Under the pieces are notes generated by a model. That model saw only the letters and a program-made list of their open reading frames with translations, did no database searches and was not told where the DNA came from. From IMG/VR virus record IMGVR_UViG_3300020374_000038, positions 1-24,857 of that record: a DNA stretch of 24,857 bases; one strand, given 5' to 3'. Of this stretch, positions 16,863-24,857 are shown piece after piece. A program made the position numbers and the translations under genes. Position 1 is the stretch's first letter. Each line of letters starts with the position of its first letter. This stretch comes from a virus. Taxonomy: Duplodnaviria > Caudoviricetes.

Positions 16863-17430
16863 AGATTATAAACCAAAGGTTACTGACTTCATAGAATTTT
16901 ATCCAGAAGTCGTTGATCCTAAATTATGTAATTCAATTATATCACATTATTATAAAAACGCAAAGTGGAATACATCAACATTTTCAAATCATAATAAAAA
17001 TCTAGGCACATCTAAAGTTGATATGAAAGAATATTGGATTAGACAAAATGATAGTCATGGATATTATAATCATTTAAGAACTGCTTTCGTGAAAACAATT
17101 TCAGAATATACTCAAGAACACACTCGAATAAAACCTCAAAAATTTACTGACTTTAGAATCAATCGTTATGCTAAGGGCGGATTTATGAAAAGTCATATAG
17201 ATAATATTCACCATAGTCACGGACAACAATATGGTTATCCACATCTTACATCTTTAATATTTTTAAATGATGACTATGATGGTGGTGAATTTGAATTATG
17301 CGATGGTTTGTTTACTGCACCTAAACAACAAGGATCTGCTGTTGTTTTTCCTTCTAACTTTATGTATCCACACGAAGTAAAGAAAGTAAAAAACGGAACA
17401 AGATACAGCATAATGACTTGGTTACTTTAA
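16837..17430 (+). CDS. 2OG-Fe(II) oxygenase, prolyl-4-hydroxylase-like
   Basis: INRY..GGFMKSHID (HxD), FLNDDYDGGEF, VVFPSNFMYPHEV, GTRYSIMTW. Confidence 0.9.
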   Translation: MTYNPPSIEDYKPKVTDFIEFYPEVVDPKLCNSIISHYYKNAKWNTSTFSNHNKNLGTSKVDMKEYWIRQNDSHGYYNHLRTAFVKTISEYTQEHTRIKPQKFTDFRINRYAKGGFMKSHIDNIHHSHGQQYGYPHLTSLIFLNDDYDGGEFELCDGLFTAPKQQGSAVVFPSNFMYPHEVKKVKNGTRYSIMTWLL

Positions 17431-17433
17431 TCT

Positions 17434-18912
17434 ATGAACACGCTGATTGTAGAAAAAAAAGACGAGGTGTATCTAACGGTTGATTGTGAATCTGACATTC
17501 AACGAGAACTTTCAGAATTTTTTACTTTCTATGTACCAGGTTATAAGTTTATGCCTGCATTTCGTAATCGTATGTGGGATGGTAAAATAAGATTATTCTC
17601 TCAAAAAACAAAAGAAATATACTTTGGATTATATCCTTACATCAAAGCATTTACCGAAGAACGAGGATATCATATAGTTGCTGGTAAGGGTGTTGATATA
17701 GATAATAAAGTAGATAAAGATATTGTTACCAAGTTTTCTAATAGTCTAGGTCAATCATTCGAAGCAAGAGATTATCAAATAGACGCCATATATCATAGTC
17801 TAAAATTTAATCGTGCATTACTACTAAGTCCTACTGCTTCAGGTAAATCATTTATTATATATTCTCTCATAAGATATTATTCACATCTACTTAAAGATGA
17901 AGAAAATAATCGGTGTCTATTAATTGTACCGACAACATCTTTAGTTGAGCAAATGTATTCTGATTTTAAATCTTATGGTTGGAATGTAGAAAAAAATTGT
18001 CATAGACTGTATAGTGGATATTCAAATCAAACAACTAAAAAAGTTTTAATATCTACATGGCAGAGTTTATATAAGTTGCCGAAAAAATATTTTGATCAGT
18101 TTGGTGCTGTCTTTGGTGACGAAGCACATTTATTTAAATCAAAATCACTTACAGAAATAATGTCAAAACTAACTGGTTGTAAATATCGTATCGGTCTTAC
18201 AGGTACACTCGATGGTGCCCATACACATAAACTAGTATTAGAAGGTTTGTTTGGTGCTGTCAATAAGGTTACATCAACTAAAAAACTTATGGATAAAAAA
18301 CAACTATCTGATTTAGTGGTTCGTTGTCTAATATTAAAACACACCGAAGAAAACTCAAGAATGGTAGTCAATGGTAAGTATCAAGATGAGGTTGATTATT
18401 TAGTTAGTAGTACCTCAAGAAATAATTTTATTAGAAATCTAGCACTCAAGGCAAAAGGAAATACTTTAGTCTTATTTCAACTAGTAGAAAAACATGGCAA
18501 GAATCTATATGATATTATAAAAAGTAAAGCGGATGACGAAAGAAGAATTTTTTATATTCACGGTGGTGTAGAAACAGATGAAAGAGAACAGGCAAGAGCA
18601 ATCGTAGAGAAAGAAAACAATGCTATTATTATCGCAAGTTATGGCACATTCTCTACTGGTATCAATATTAAAAATTTACATAACATAGTTTTTGCCAGTC
18701 CTTCTAAAAGTAGAATTAGAAACTTACAATCTATTGGCCGTGGTTTAAGATTAGGTGATAATAAAGTGAATGCTACTCTATATGATATAGCAGATGATTT
18801 AACTTATAAATCAAAAGAAAACTATACACTTAAACACTTTCAAGAAAGAATTAATATATACACCGAAGAAGAATTTGATTACGAAATACATAACATAGAT
18901 TTAAAAGAATGA
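17434..18912 (+). CDS. uvsW: SF2 DNA/RNA-DNA helicase UvsW
   Basis: WDGKIRLF, RDYQ, SPTASGKS, DEAH, GLTGT, ASYGTFSTGINI, LQSIGRGLR. Confidence 0.97.
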   Translation: MNTLIVEKKDEVYLTVDCESDIQRELSEFFTFYVPGYKFMPAFRNRMWDGKIRLFSQKTKEIYFGLYPYIKAFTEERGYHIVAGKGVDIDNKVDKDIVTKFSNSLGQSFEARDYQIDAIYHSLKFNRALLLSPTASGKSFIIYSLIRYYSHLLKDEENNRCLLIVPTTSLVEQMYSDFKSYGWNVEKNCHRLYSGYSNQTTKKVLISTWQSLYKLPKKYFDQFGAVFGDEAHLFKSKSLTEIMSKLTGCKYRIGLTGTLDGAHTHKLVLEGLFGAVNKVTSTKKLMDKKQLSDLVVRCLILKHTEENSRMVVNGKYQDEVDYLVSSTSRNNFIRNLALKAKGNTLVLFQLVEKHGKNLYDIIKSKADDERRIFYIHGGVETDEREQARAIVEKENNAIIIASYGTFSTGINIKNLHNIVFASPSKSRIRNLQSIGRGLRLGDNKVNATLYDIADDLTYKSKENYTLKHFQERINIYTEEEFDYEIHNIDLKE

Positions 18913-18918
18913 TAAATA
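18911..18918 (+). promoter_or_regulatory. Probable late promoter GATAAATA, leaderless start at 18924
   Basis: One mismatch to consensus; 5 nt (ATAGT) to an in-frame ATG, the same geometry as the gp3 promoter (GTAGT-ATG). Confidence 0.65.
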
Positions 18919-18923
18919 ATAGT

Positions 18924-19373
18924 ATGGAAGATATAAAAAACTACCAAATGATCAAGTTGACTGATGGTACTCTTTTAGTAGGAAAGATAATACAAACAGT
19001 ACAGCTTGGTGATAACAAATATTTAAAAGTTAAGAATCCTTTAGAATTAAAATCTTTATCAAGAGTCACAGGTTTTGGTATTAAAGAAGATTCCACACTT
19101 ACACCTTGGATACCTTTTACTACTACAAATTCATTTAGAATACCAACGGACAAGATTATGACGGTTGTTGAAGCAACCAAAGACTTATCACACTATTACG
19201 AAGTTATATTAAATAAGTTGACAAACGAAACGCCTAAACACGCCCCACTAACAACGGATGAAATTAATAAAATATTAAAGATTGCTGACGAGTTAGATAG
19301 ACAAGAACGAGGTGAGGAATATAGTGAAGAAGATATTGACCATTTAGTTGATGGTACCAAGACTGTACACTAG
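18924..19373 (+). CDS. Hypothetical protein, probable Sm-like fold (alternative start 18909)
   Basis: IKLTDGTLLVGKI...LKVKNPL...LTPWIPF...IPTDKIMTV pattern; occupies the usual uvsW-gp55 slot of marine T4-like phages. Confidence 0.7.
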   Translation: MEDIKNYQMIKLTDGTLLVGKIIQTVQLGDNKYLKVKNPLELKSLSRVTGFGIKEDSTLTPWIPFTTTNSFRIPTDKIMTVVEATKDLSHYYEVILNKLTNETPKHAPLTTDEINKILKIADELDRQERGEEYSEEDIDHLVDGTKTVH

Positions 19374-19407
19374 GTATAGCTGGTTCTCTCAAAAGACTAC
19401 ATAGTCT

Positions 19408-19435
19408 ATTATATACACTTTCCTAGAACTGTCAA
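19408..19435 (-). promoter_or_regulatory. Antisense sigma70-type promoter
   Basis: The minus strand reads cTTGACA-16 bp-TATAAT (forward TGTCAA 19430-19435, ATTATA 19408-19413). No minus-strand gene is evident downstream. Confidence 0.65.
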
Positions 19436-19473
19436 GCAGCAGGCGAAAATAAATTTAAAAATGATATAGGGCC

Positions 19474-19502
19474 TTGACAATAGCACCTAAATAATGTATA
19501 AT
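19474..19502 (+). promoter_or_regulatory. Sigma70-type promoter for gp55 operon
   Basis: Perfect TTGACA-17 bp-TATAAT, preceded by GGCC like the uvsY promoter; ATG 10 nt downstream. Confidence 0.9.
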
Positions 19503-19512
19503 AAGAGATATT

Positions 19513-20031
19513 ATGGAAACAAAAAGAACATTAAAAGCAAAACAAAAACCTCACTATGTAGATAACAAGAAGTTTCTTGAGGCGATGACCGAATACAAAT
19601 TAAAGTGTGAAAAGGCAGCCGCTAGAAATAGAAAGAATCCTCCTGTAACTAATTATATAGGCGAGTGTTTTTTAAAGATTGCTAATCACCTTTCATATAG
19701 ACCTAATTTTATAAACTATACTTACCGAGATGATATGATTTCGGATGGTATAGAGAACTGTTTACAGTATATGAGCAACTTTGATCCAACTAAATCAAAG
19801 AACCCATTTGCTTATTTTACACAAATTATATACTATGCTTTTATACGAAGAATACAAAAAGAAAAAAAACAACAAATAGTTAAATCTAGATTAATCGTAA
19901 ATTCAGGAGTTGAAAGTATGATGGATCAATTGACAGGTGATGATACAAAGTACCATAGTCAGATGTTAGATTTCTTACAAAGAAATACAATAGAAGAAGA
20001 ACCAAAAGCAAAGAAGAAAACAAAAAAGTAA
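19513..20031 (+). CDS. gp55: Late transcription sigma factor gp55
   Basis: HYVDNKKFL, YIGECFLKIANHLSYRPNFINYTYRDDMISDGIENC, NPFAYFTQIIYYAFIRRIQKEKKQ. Confidence 0.97.
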   Translation: METKRTLKAKQKPHYVDNKKFLEAMTEYKLKCEKAAARNRKNPPVTNYIGECFLKIANHLSYRPNFINYTYRDDMISDGIENCLQYMSNFDPTKSKNPFAYFTQIIYYAFIRRIQKEKKQQIVKSRLIVNSGVESMMDQLTGDDTKYHSQMLDFLQRNTIEEEPKAKKKTKK

Positions 20032-20046
20032 TTTTAGTAGGTAGGT

Positions 20047-21129
20047 ATGAAAATTGCATTATTAAACGACACCCATTTTGGTGCAAGAAACGACAGCATT
20101 ATATTTGACGATTTCTTTCACAAATTTTATGATGAGATATTTTTTCCTTATTTAAAGAAACACAATGTAAAGACCCTAATACATTTAGGTGATGTAGTTG
20201 ATCGTAGAAAGTTTATCAATTATAGAATTGCTGACAACTTTAGAACGAAGTTTTTACAAAGACTTTGGAATGAAAAAATAGATACACACATTATTATCGG
20301 TAATCACGATATATATTTTCGAAACACAAATAAAGTAAATGCCTTACAGCAGTTATGTACTTCTGCTGACGGGATCAATGAGCCTTGGATATACGAAGAA
20401 CCTAAAGTTGTAGATTTTGATGGTCTTAAAATATTGATGTTACCATGGATCAATCCAGAAAACGAGAAACAATCTTTTCATATGTTAGATACTGCTGAGG
20501 CAGATATCTGTTTAGCACATTTAGATTTAAATGGTTTTGTTATGCATGATACTATTACACAATATCATGGATACGATAAGAGTATTGTTAAAAGATTTGA
20601 GAAAACATATAGTGGTCATTTTCACAATAAAAGTGATGATGGTCAAATATACTATCTTGGTTGTCAATATGAAATGAATTGGTCAGATCATAATGTACAA
20701 AAAGGTTTTCATATACTAGATACCGAAACTAGAGAAATAGAATTTATACCTAATCCATTTACCATTTATAAAAAATTAATGTATGATGATTCGCAAACGG
20801 ATTACGATAAGTTTGATATTTCGGAATATAATCAAAAATTCGTGAAATTAATAGTTGTTAATAAAAAAGATAACGAAATGTTTGACAGACTGCTAGAAAA
20901 GATGTATAATAGCATAAGTGTACACGAATTAAAAATATTGGAAGATTATTCTGATTTATCACACCATAATGTAAGTGATGATGTTGTTGAAGGATCTGAA
21001 GATACGATTACACTAGTTAATAATTATGTAGATCAATTAAGTGTTGATTTAGATAAAGATAAATTAAAAGTTATGATAAAAGAAATGTTTATTGAAGCAC
21101 AAGATACCGATGCTGTTAGCGGAGAATGA
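20047..21129 (+). CDS. gp47: Recombination endonuclease subunit gp47 (Mre11/SbcD-like)
   Basis: Metallophosphoesterase motifs DTHFG, LGDVVDRR, GNHD, AHL, SGHFH. Confidence 0.96.
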   Translation: MKIALLNDTHFGARNDSIIFDDFFHKFYDEIFFPYLKKHNVKTLIHLGDVVDRRKFINYRIADNFRTKFLQRLWNEKIDTHIIIGNHDIYFRNTNKVNALQQLCTSADGINEPWIYEEPKVVDFDGLKILMLPWINPENEKQSFHMLDTAEADICLAHLDLNGFVMHDTITQYHGYDKSIVKRFEKTYSGHFHNKSDDGQIYYLGCQYEMNWSDHNVQKGFHILDTETREIEFIPNPFTIYKKLMYDDSQTDYDKFDISEYNQKFVKLIVVNKKDNEMFDRLLEKMYNSISVHELKILEDYSDLSHHNVSDDVVEGSEDTITLVNNYVDQLSVDLDKDKLKVMIKEMFIEAQDTDAVSGE

Positions 21130-21662
21130 AATATAAAGTAATATATGCAGACCCGCCCTGGTATTTTAAATCATATTCTAAAAAAGGTGAAGGCAGAAAT
21201 GCTACTCAACACTATCCTTGTATGTCAATTGATGACATTTGCAATATGGATATTGACAGTATTGCTGATAGAGATTGTGTTCTTCTTATGTGGGTTACTG
21301 ATCCGTGTTTACTGGATGCCTTTAAAGTTTTGGAATCTTGGAACTTCACTTATAAGACGGTAGGATTTACTTGGGTGAAAACAAAACAAAAGTCATTAGG
21401 ATATTTTACAGGTATGGGTTACTGGACACGATCTAATCCTGAAATGTGTTTACTTGCAACAAGAGGTAAACCAAAAAGATTTGATAAATCAGTTAGACAA
21501 TTGGTTGTATCAGAAAGACGAGAACATAGCAGAAAACCAGACGAGGTGTATGGTTATATAGAAAAGATGTTAGAAGGACCTTATATAGAATTGTTTGCAA
21601 GAACGACTCGTAAAGGTTGGGATAACTTTGGTAATGAGGTAAATAAATTTGATAATATTTAA
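21126..21662 (+). CDS. MT-A70 family N6-adenine methyltransferase
   Basis: VIYADPPW, LLMWVT, FTWVK, GMGYWTRSNPEMCLLATRG, EHSRKP, ELFAR. Confidence 0.92.
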   Translation: MKYKVIYADPPWYFKSYSKKGEGRNATQHYPCMSIDDICNMDIDSIADRDCVLLMWVTDPCLLDAFKVLESWNFTYKTVGFTWVKTKQKSLGYFTGMGYWTRSNPEMCLLATRGKPKRFDKSVRQLVVSERREHSRKPDEVYGYIEKMLEGPYIELFARTTRKGWDNFGNEVNKFDNI

Positions 21663-23364
21663 AACAGTAAGATATAAAAACTTTTTAAGTACAGGACAAC
21701 AATTCATAGAAATACAATTAAACAGAGCACCTGCTACTTTAGTTGTCGGCGAAAATGGTGCTGGTAAATCTACAATGTTAGACGCATTGTGTTTTGGTTT
21801 ATTTCAAAGACCGTTTCGTAATATTAAAAAAGATCAGTTAATCAATTCTATCAATGAAAAAGATTGTATTGTTGAAGTTGAATTTACAGTCGGTAAAAAA
21901 GACTACAAAATAATCAGATGTATTAAACCTAACAAGTTTGAGATATGGTGTAACGGCGATATGCTAAATCAAGACGCTGCGGTTAGAGATTATCAGAAAC
22001 ATTTAGAACAGCAAATTCTTAAACTAAACTTTAGGTCATTTACTCAAGTTGTCATTCTAGGCAACGCTTCGTTTGTACCTTTTATGCAATTGAAGGCAAG
22101 ATATAGACGCCAAGTTGTAGAAGAAATATTAGACATTGAAATCTTTTCTAAAATGAATTTAATGTTTAGAGAAAAACAAAAAGCACAAGATGAGATTATT
22201 AAACAAGCAGACTTTGATTATCAGTTGCTTGATAGTAAAATAGATACACAAAAGAAACACATTGACGAAATCAGTAAAAATAATTTAGAGTCTATTGATA
22301 CTAAAAAACTAGATATAAAAAAGAGTGAAACCGATATTAAGAATTATCAAAAAGATATTGACGATACTACTGCTGAAAGGGCAAAACTACAAAAACAAAT
22401 ACTAGATGAAGTTGCTGTAAATTCAAGATATAAAAAACTTCATACTATGGAAGCAAAGTTAGAAAATACTTGTAGTAAACATAAAAAAGATTTAAAGTTC
22501 TTTGAAACTTATGATGATTGTCCTACTTGTCAACAAGCAATAGATAAAGCATTTAAATCTGAAATGATTGATAAAAAGAAAAGTAAAGTTGATGAGATTG
22601 AAAGTGGTATGCAACAATTAGAAAAAGAAATTGTAACCACAGAAACTAGATTAAAAAAGATTAACGATACAATGATATTAATAAGAGAGCAAGAATTATT
22701 AATCAATCGTTTTCAAACCTCTATTAATGAGATACAAAAATATATTGCTAAGATTAATAGAGAGATAGAAGAATTATCAGATGAAAAATTTTCATCAGGC
22801 ATTGCAACAGGTGAGTTGACTCAGCTGCAAGAAAATCTAACACAAGCCGATTTAGATAAAAAGAAATTTAAAGAAGAAAAACTTTATATAGATACTGCTA
22901 GGGTTCTTATGCAAGATACTGGTATTAAGACTAAAATCATTAAACAATACCTACCCATAATGAATCAGTATATTAATAAGAACCTAGCGGACATGGACTT
23001 TTTTGTTAATTTCACTCTTGATGAGGAGTTTAATGAAACGATTAAGTCCAGACACCGTGATGTATTTAATTATCATTCTTTTAGTGAGGGTGAAAAATTA
23101 AGAATAGATTTAGCGATACTCTTTACTTGGCGAGAGATTGCTAAATTAAAGAATTCTACAAATACAAATTTATTAATACTAGATGAAATATTTGATAGTT
23201 CTTTAGATAGTGCAGGCACAGATGAATTTATGAAGATATTAAACAGTACAATGGATAAAGAAAATGTATTTGTTATATCACATAAAGGCGATACACTAAT
23301 AGACAAATTTCCAAGAGTAATGAAATTTGAGAAATATAAAAACTTTACAAGGATGGCAGAATAA
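21649..23364 (+). CDS. gp46: Recombination ATPase subunit gp46 (Rad50/SbcC-like)
   Basis: Walker A GENGAGKST, Q-loop FTQVV, zinc hook CPTC, signature FSEGEK, Walker B LILDEIFD, H-loop ISHK. TTG start with SD GAGGT at 21636-21640. Confidence 0.96.
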   Translation: MIIFKTVRYKNFLSTGQQFIEIQLNRAPATLVVGENGAGKSTMLDALCFGLFQRPFRNIKKDQLINSINEKDCIVEVEFTVGKKDYKIIRCIKPNKFEIWCNGDMLNQDAAVRDYQKHLEQQILKLNFRSFTQVVILGNASFVPFMQLKARYRRQVVEEILDIEIFSKMNLMFREKQKAQDEIIKQADFDYQLLDSKIDTQKKHIDEISKNNLESIDTKKLDIKKSETDIKNYQKDIDDTTAERAKLQKQILDEVAVNSRYKKLHTMEAKLENTCSKHKKDLKFFETYDDCPTCQQAIDKAFKSEMIDKKKSKVDEIESGMQQLEKEIVTTETRLKKINDTMILIREQELLINRFQTSINEIQKYIAKINREIEELSDEKFSSGIATGELTQLQENLTQADLDKKKFKEEKLYIDTARVLMQDTGIKTKIIKQYLPIMNQYINKNLADMDFFVNFTLDEEFNETIKSRHRDVFNYHSFSEGEKLRIDLAILFTWREIAKLKNSTNTNLLILDEIFDSSLDSAGTDEFMKILNSTMDKENVFVISHKGDTLIDKFPRVMKFEKYKNFTRMAE

Positions 23365-24035
23365 TGGCAAAAGAATTAAATGCTGAAACCATAGAAGAAG
23401 CAGCAAAACATTTAGAAAACTTACAAAGTAAAAATACACCTATTATTGAAAAGAAGAATGGTAAAAGAATACTACCTCTGATACCACCTACTGATCCTAG
23501 AGTGTTAATGCAGATTGCACCTTTCTTTGATGATACATTAAAAGAGTTTAATTTTAAAGATAGACAAGACTTATGTAATGTTATGAAAGATACAATGTAT
23601 AATTATGGTGGTATAGGACTATCTTGTAATCAAGTTGGTTTACCATATCGTATGTTTGTTATGGGTGGTCATCCAGAAATTGAAAAAGGTAAACTTAGAT
23701 ATTGTTTTAATCCAGAAGTTATAGATGTAAGTCCTGAAACAGTAATGATGAAAGAGGGGTGTTTAACATTCCCATTTTTATTCTTATCAATTAAAAGACC
23801 TAAATGGGTTCACGCTAAATATACAGATGAGAATGGTGAAGAAGTTGATGAATATTTACATGGTATGCCAGCAAGAATATGGCAACATGAAAACGAACAT
23901 ATGAACGGATATGTATTTACTGACTTGGTAAGTAAATTAAAACTAGACACAGCCAAGAAAGCACAAAAGAAAGCGGTGAAGAAGATAGCACGCCAACAAG
24001 CGATGATGCCTTCTAAACCCACAATTATAACATAG
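23364..24035 (+). CDS. def: Peptide deformylase
   Basis: Motif 1 GIGLSCNQVG, motif 2 EGCLT, motif 3 QHENEH (HExxH). Confidence 0.92.
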   Translation: MAKELNAETIEEAAKHLENLQSKNTPIIEKKNGKRILPLIPPTDPRVLMQIAPFFDDTLKEFNFKDRQDLCNVMKDTMYNYGGIGLSCNQVGLPYRMFVMGGHPEIEKGKLRYCFNPEVIDVSPETVMMKEGCLTFPFLFLSIKRPKWVHAKYTDENGEEVDEYLHGMPARIWQHENEHMNGYVFTDLVSKLKLDTAKKAQKKAVKKIARQQAMMPSKPTIIT

Positions 24036-24044
24036 GAGGGTGAA

Positions 24045-24236
24045 ATGTACACATTAGAAAGTGAAAGAAATAGAAACATCATATTGACTTCAGATGATAA
24101 AGAAGGCATTATAAAAGTTTGTAGAGATTTAAACGAACTTGATAAAACTGCTACAATGGTCAATAATTTTGTGGTCACTAAATCAGGTGATATTATTTAT
24201 GGATACGATAATGAAACCATGGCAGAAGGGAATTGA
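24045..24236 (+). CDS. Hypothetical protein, 63 aa
   Basis: Strong SD GGAGGG upstream; fills the gap between def and the next ORF. No motif recognised. Confidence 0.6.
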   Translation: MYTLESERNRNIILTSDDKEGIIKVCRDLNELDKTATMVNNFVVTKSGDIIYGYDNETMAEGN

Positions 24237-24857
24237 ATTAGACACTCTTTTAGAGTGGACAAATAAATTCGAAGAATATAACAAGTACTGTTTTAGTCCA
24301 TTTGCGAAAGCAAAGAAGAATGGAATGGCAACTTCTTTAGACGAGAATAAACTTTTTCAAACAGGTAATGTTGTTTTCGAAATGAGAACAGCAAAGACCT
24401 CGTCTGAAATTAAGATGTTTGGTGCAGGACCAGTTATTGCAAAAATAGAAAAAGGTGAAAAAGTTATAACTAAATTATCACTACTTGAAAAAGGTACAAA
24501 AGATAATTTAATAAATGTATTAAAGACAATACAAGCACCTGTCTGGTGCCATATCTTTGAAGAAAACAATACACATAAAGAATCAGTATTAGAAGCAGGG
24601 TTTCGAAAAGTAGGAACTAAGTATAGTACATTTAGCGATATCGTTGGTGTATATTACAAAGGTGGTAGAAAGTTTATTCCTATTGTTGAAACAGAAAATA
24701 TTAATATGTGTAAAACTTCACTATCGTTTGATCATAATATTATAGATGAATTAGTTGAAGAATTAATTAATATGAATTTAGAATATACTAATCACAATAG
24801 TAATTATAATAAAAAGAAATCTTGGCAGGCATTATCACTATTGGGTCATGAAACAGA
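24211..24857 (+). CDS. Hypothetical protein, 3'-truncated; GNAT-like N-terminal domain followed by a second domain (not in ORF track)
   Basis: Open from ATG 24211 (MKPWQKGIELDTLLEW...) to the window end. VWCHIFEENNTHKESVLEAGFRKVG resembles GNAT motif B; the visible part ends NHNSNYNKKKSWQALSLLGHET. Confidence 0.7.
   Translation, partial: MKPWQKGIELDTLLEWTNKFEEYNKYCFSPFAKAKKNGMATSLDENKLFQTGNVVFEMRTAKTSSEIKMFGAGPVIAKIEKGEKVITKLSLLEKGTKDNLINVLKTIQAPVWCHIFEENNTHKESVLEAGFRKVGTKYSTFSDIVGVYYKGGRKFIPIVETENINMCKTSLSFDHNIIDELVEELINMNLEYTNHNSNYNKKKSWQALSLLGHET

Noticed and set aside
3001-24569. Remaining minus-strand and alternate-frame ORFs in the track (e.g. 3001-3261, 4380-4604, 5827-6075, 7158-7343, 7604-7891, 12846-13049, 15088-15270, 18096-18371, 18941-19180, 21145-21363, 23810-24178, 24357-24569)
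   Set aside because: All overlap well-supported plus-strand genes and lack recognisable motifs or initiation signals.
1-24857. tRNA, CRISPR array, mobile element or stop-codon recoding
   Set aside because: Intergenic gaps are short and show no cloverleaf or repeat-spacer pattern by eye; all core genes read intact in the standard code.

Overview
AT-rich window from a T4-like myovirus with every credible gene on the + strand. Gene content and composition best fit a marine T4-like phage such as the pelagimyophage/cyanomyophage relatives, but the host is inferred, not shown. The window holds the conserved virion module (gp13 partial, gp14, gp15, gp16, gp17, gp18, gp19, gp20, gp67-like, gp21, gp22, gp23, gp3), then uvsY, uvsW, an Sm-like gene, gp55, gp47, gp46 and peptide deformylase. 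Accessory insertions are: (i) a cassette between the two terminase genes made of a 48-aa basic peptide, an adenylate kinase whose N-terminus MKTFKEF resembles the T4 internal-protein capsid-targeting sequence, and a PAP2-family phosphatase with a similar motif at its C-terminus; (ii) three tandem paralogous beta-rich proteins plus a second gp67-like peptide between the portal and protease genes; (iii) two 2OG-Fe(II) oxygenases between uvsY and uvsW; (iv) an MT-A70 methyltransferase between gp47 and gp46; (v) a truncated GNAT-like fusion ORF at the right edge. Regulatory signals include T4-type late promoters (TATAAATA), consensus sigma70 promoters, several probably leaderless mRNAs, a UUCG terminator after gp23, and a consensus antisense promoter divergent from the gp55 promoter. 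All calls come from motif and synteny recognition by eye; no searches were run.
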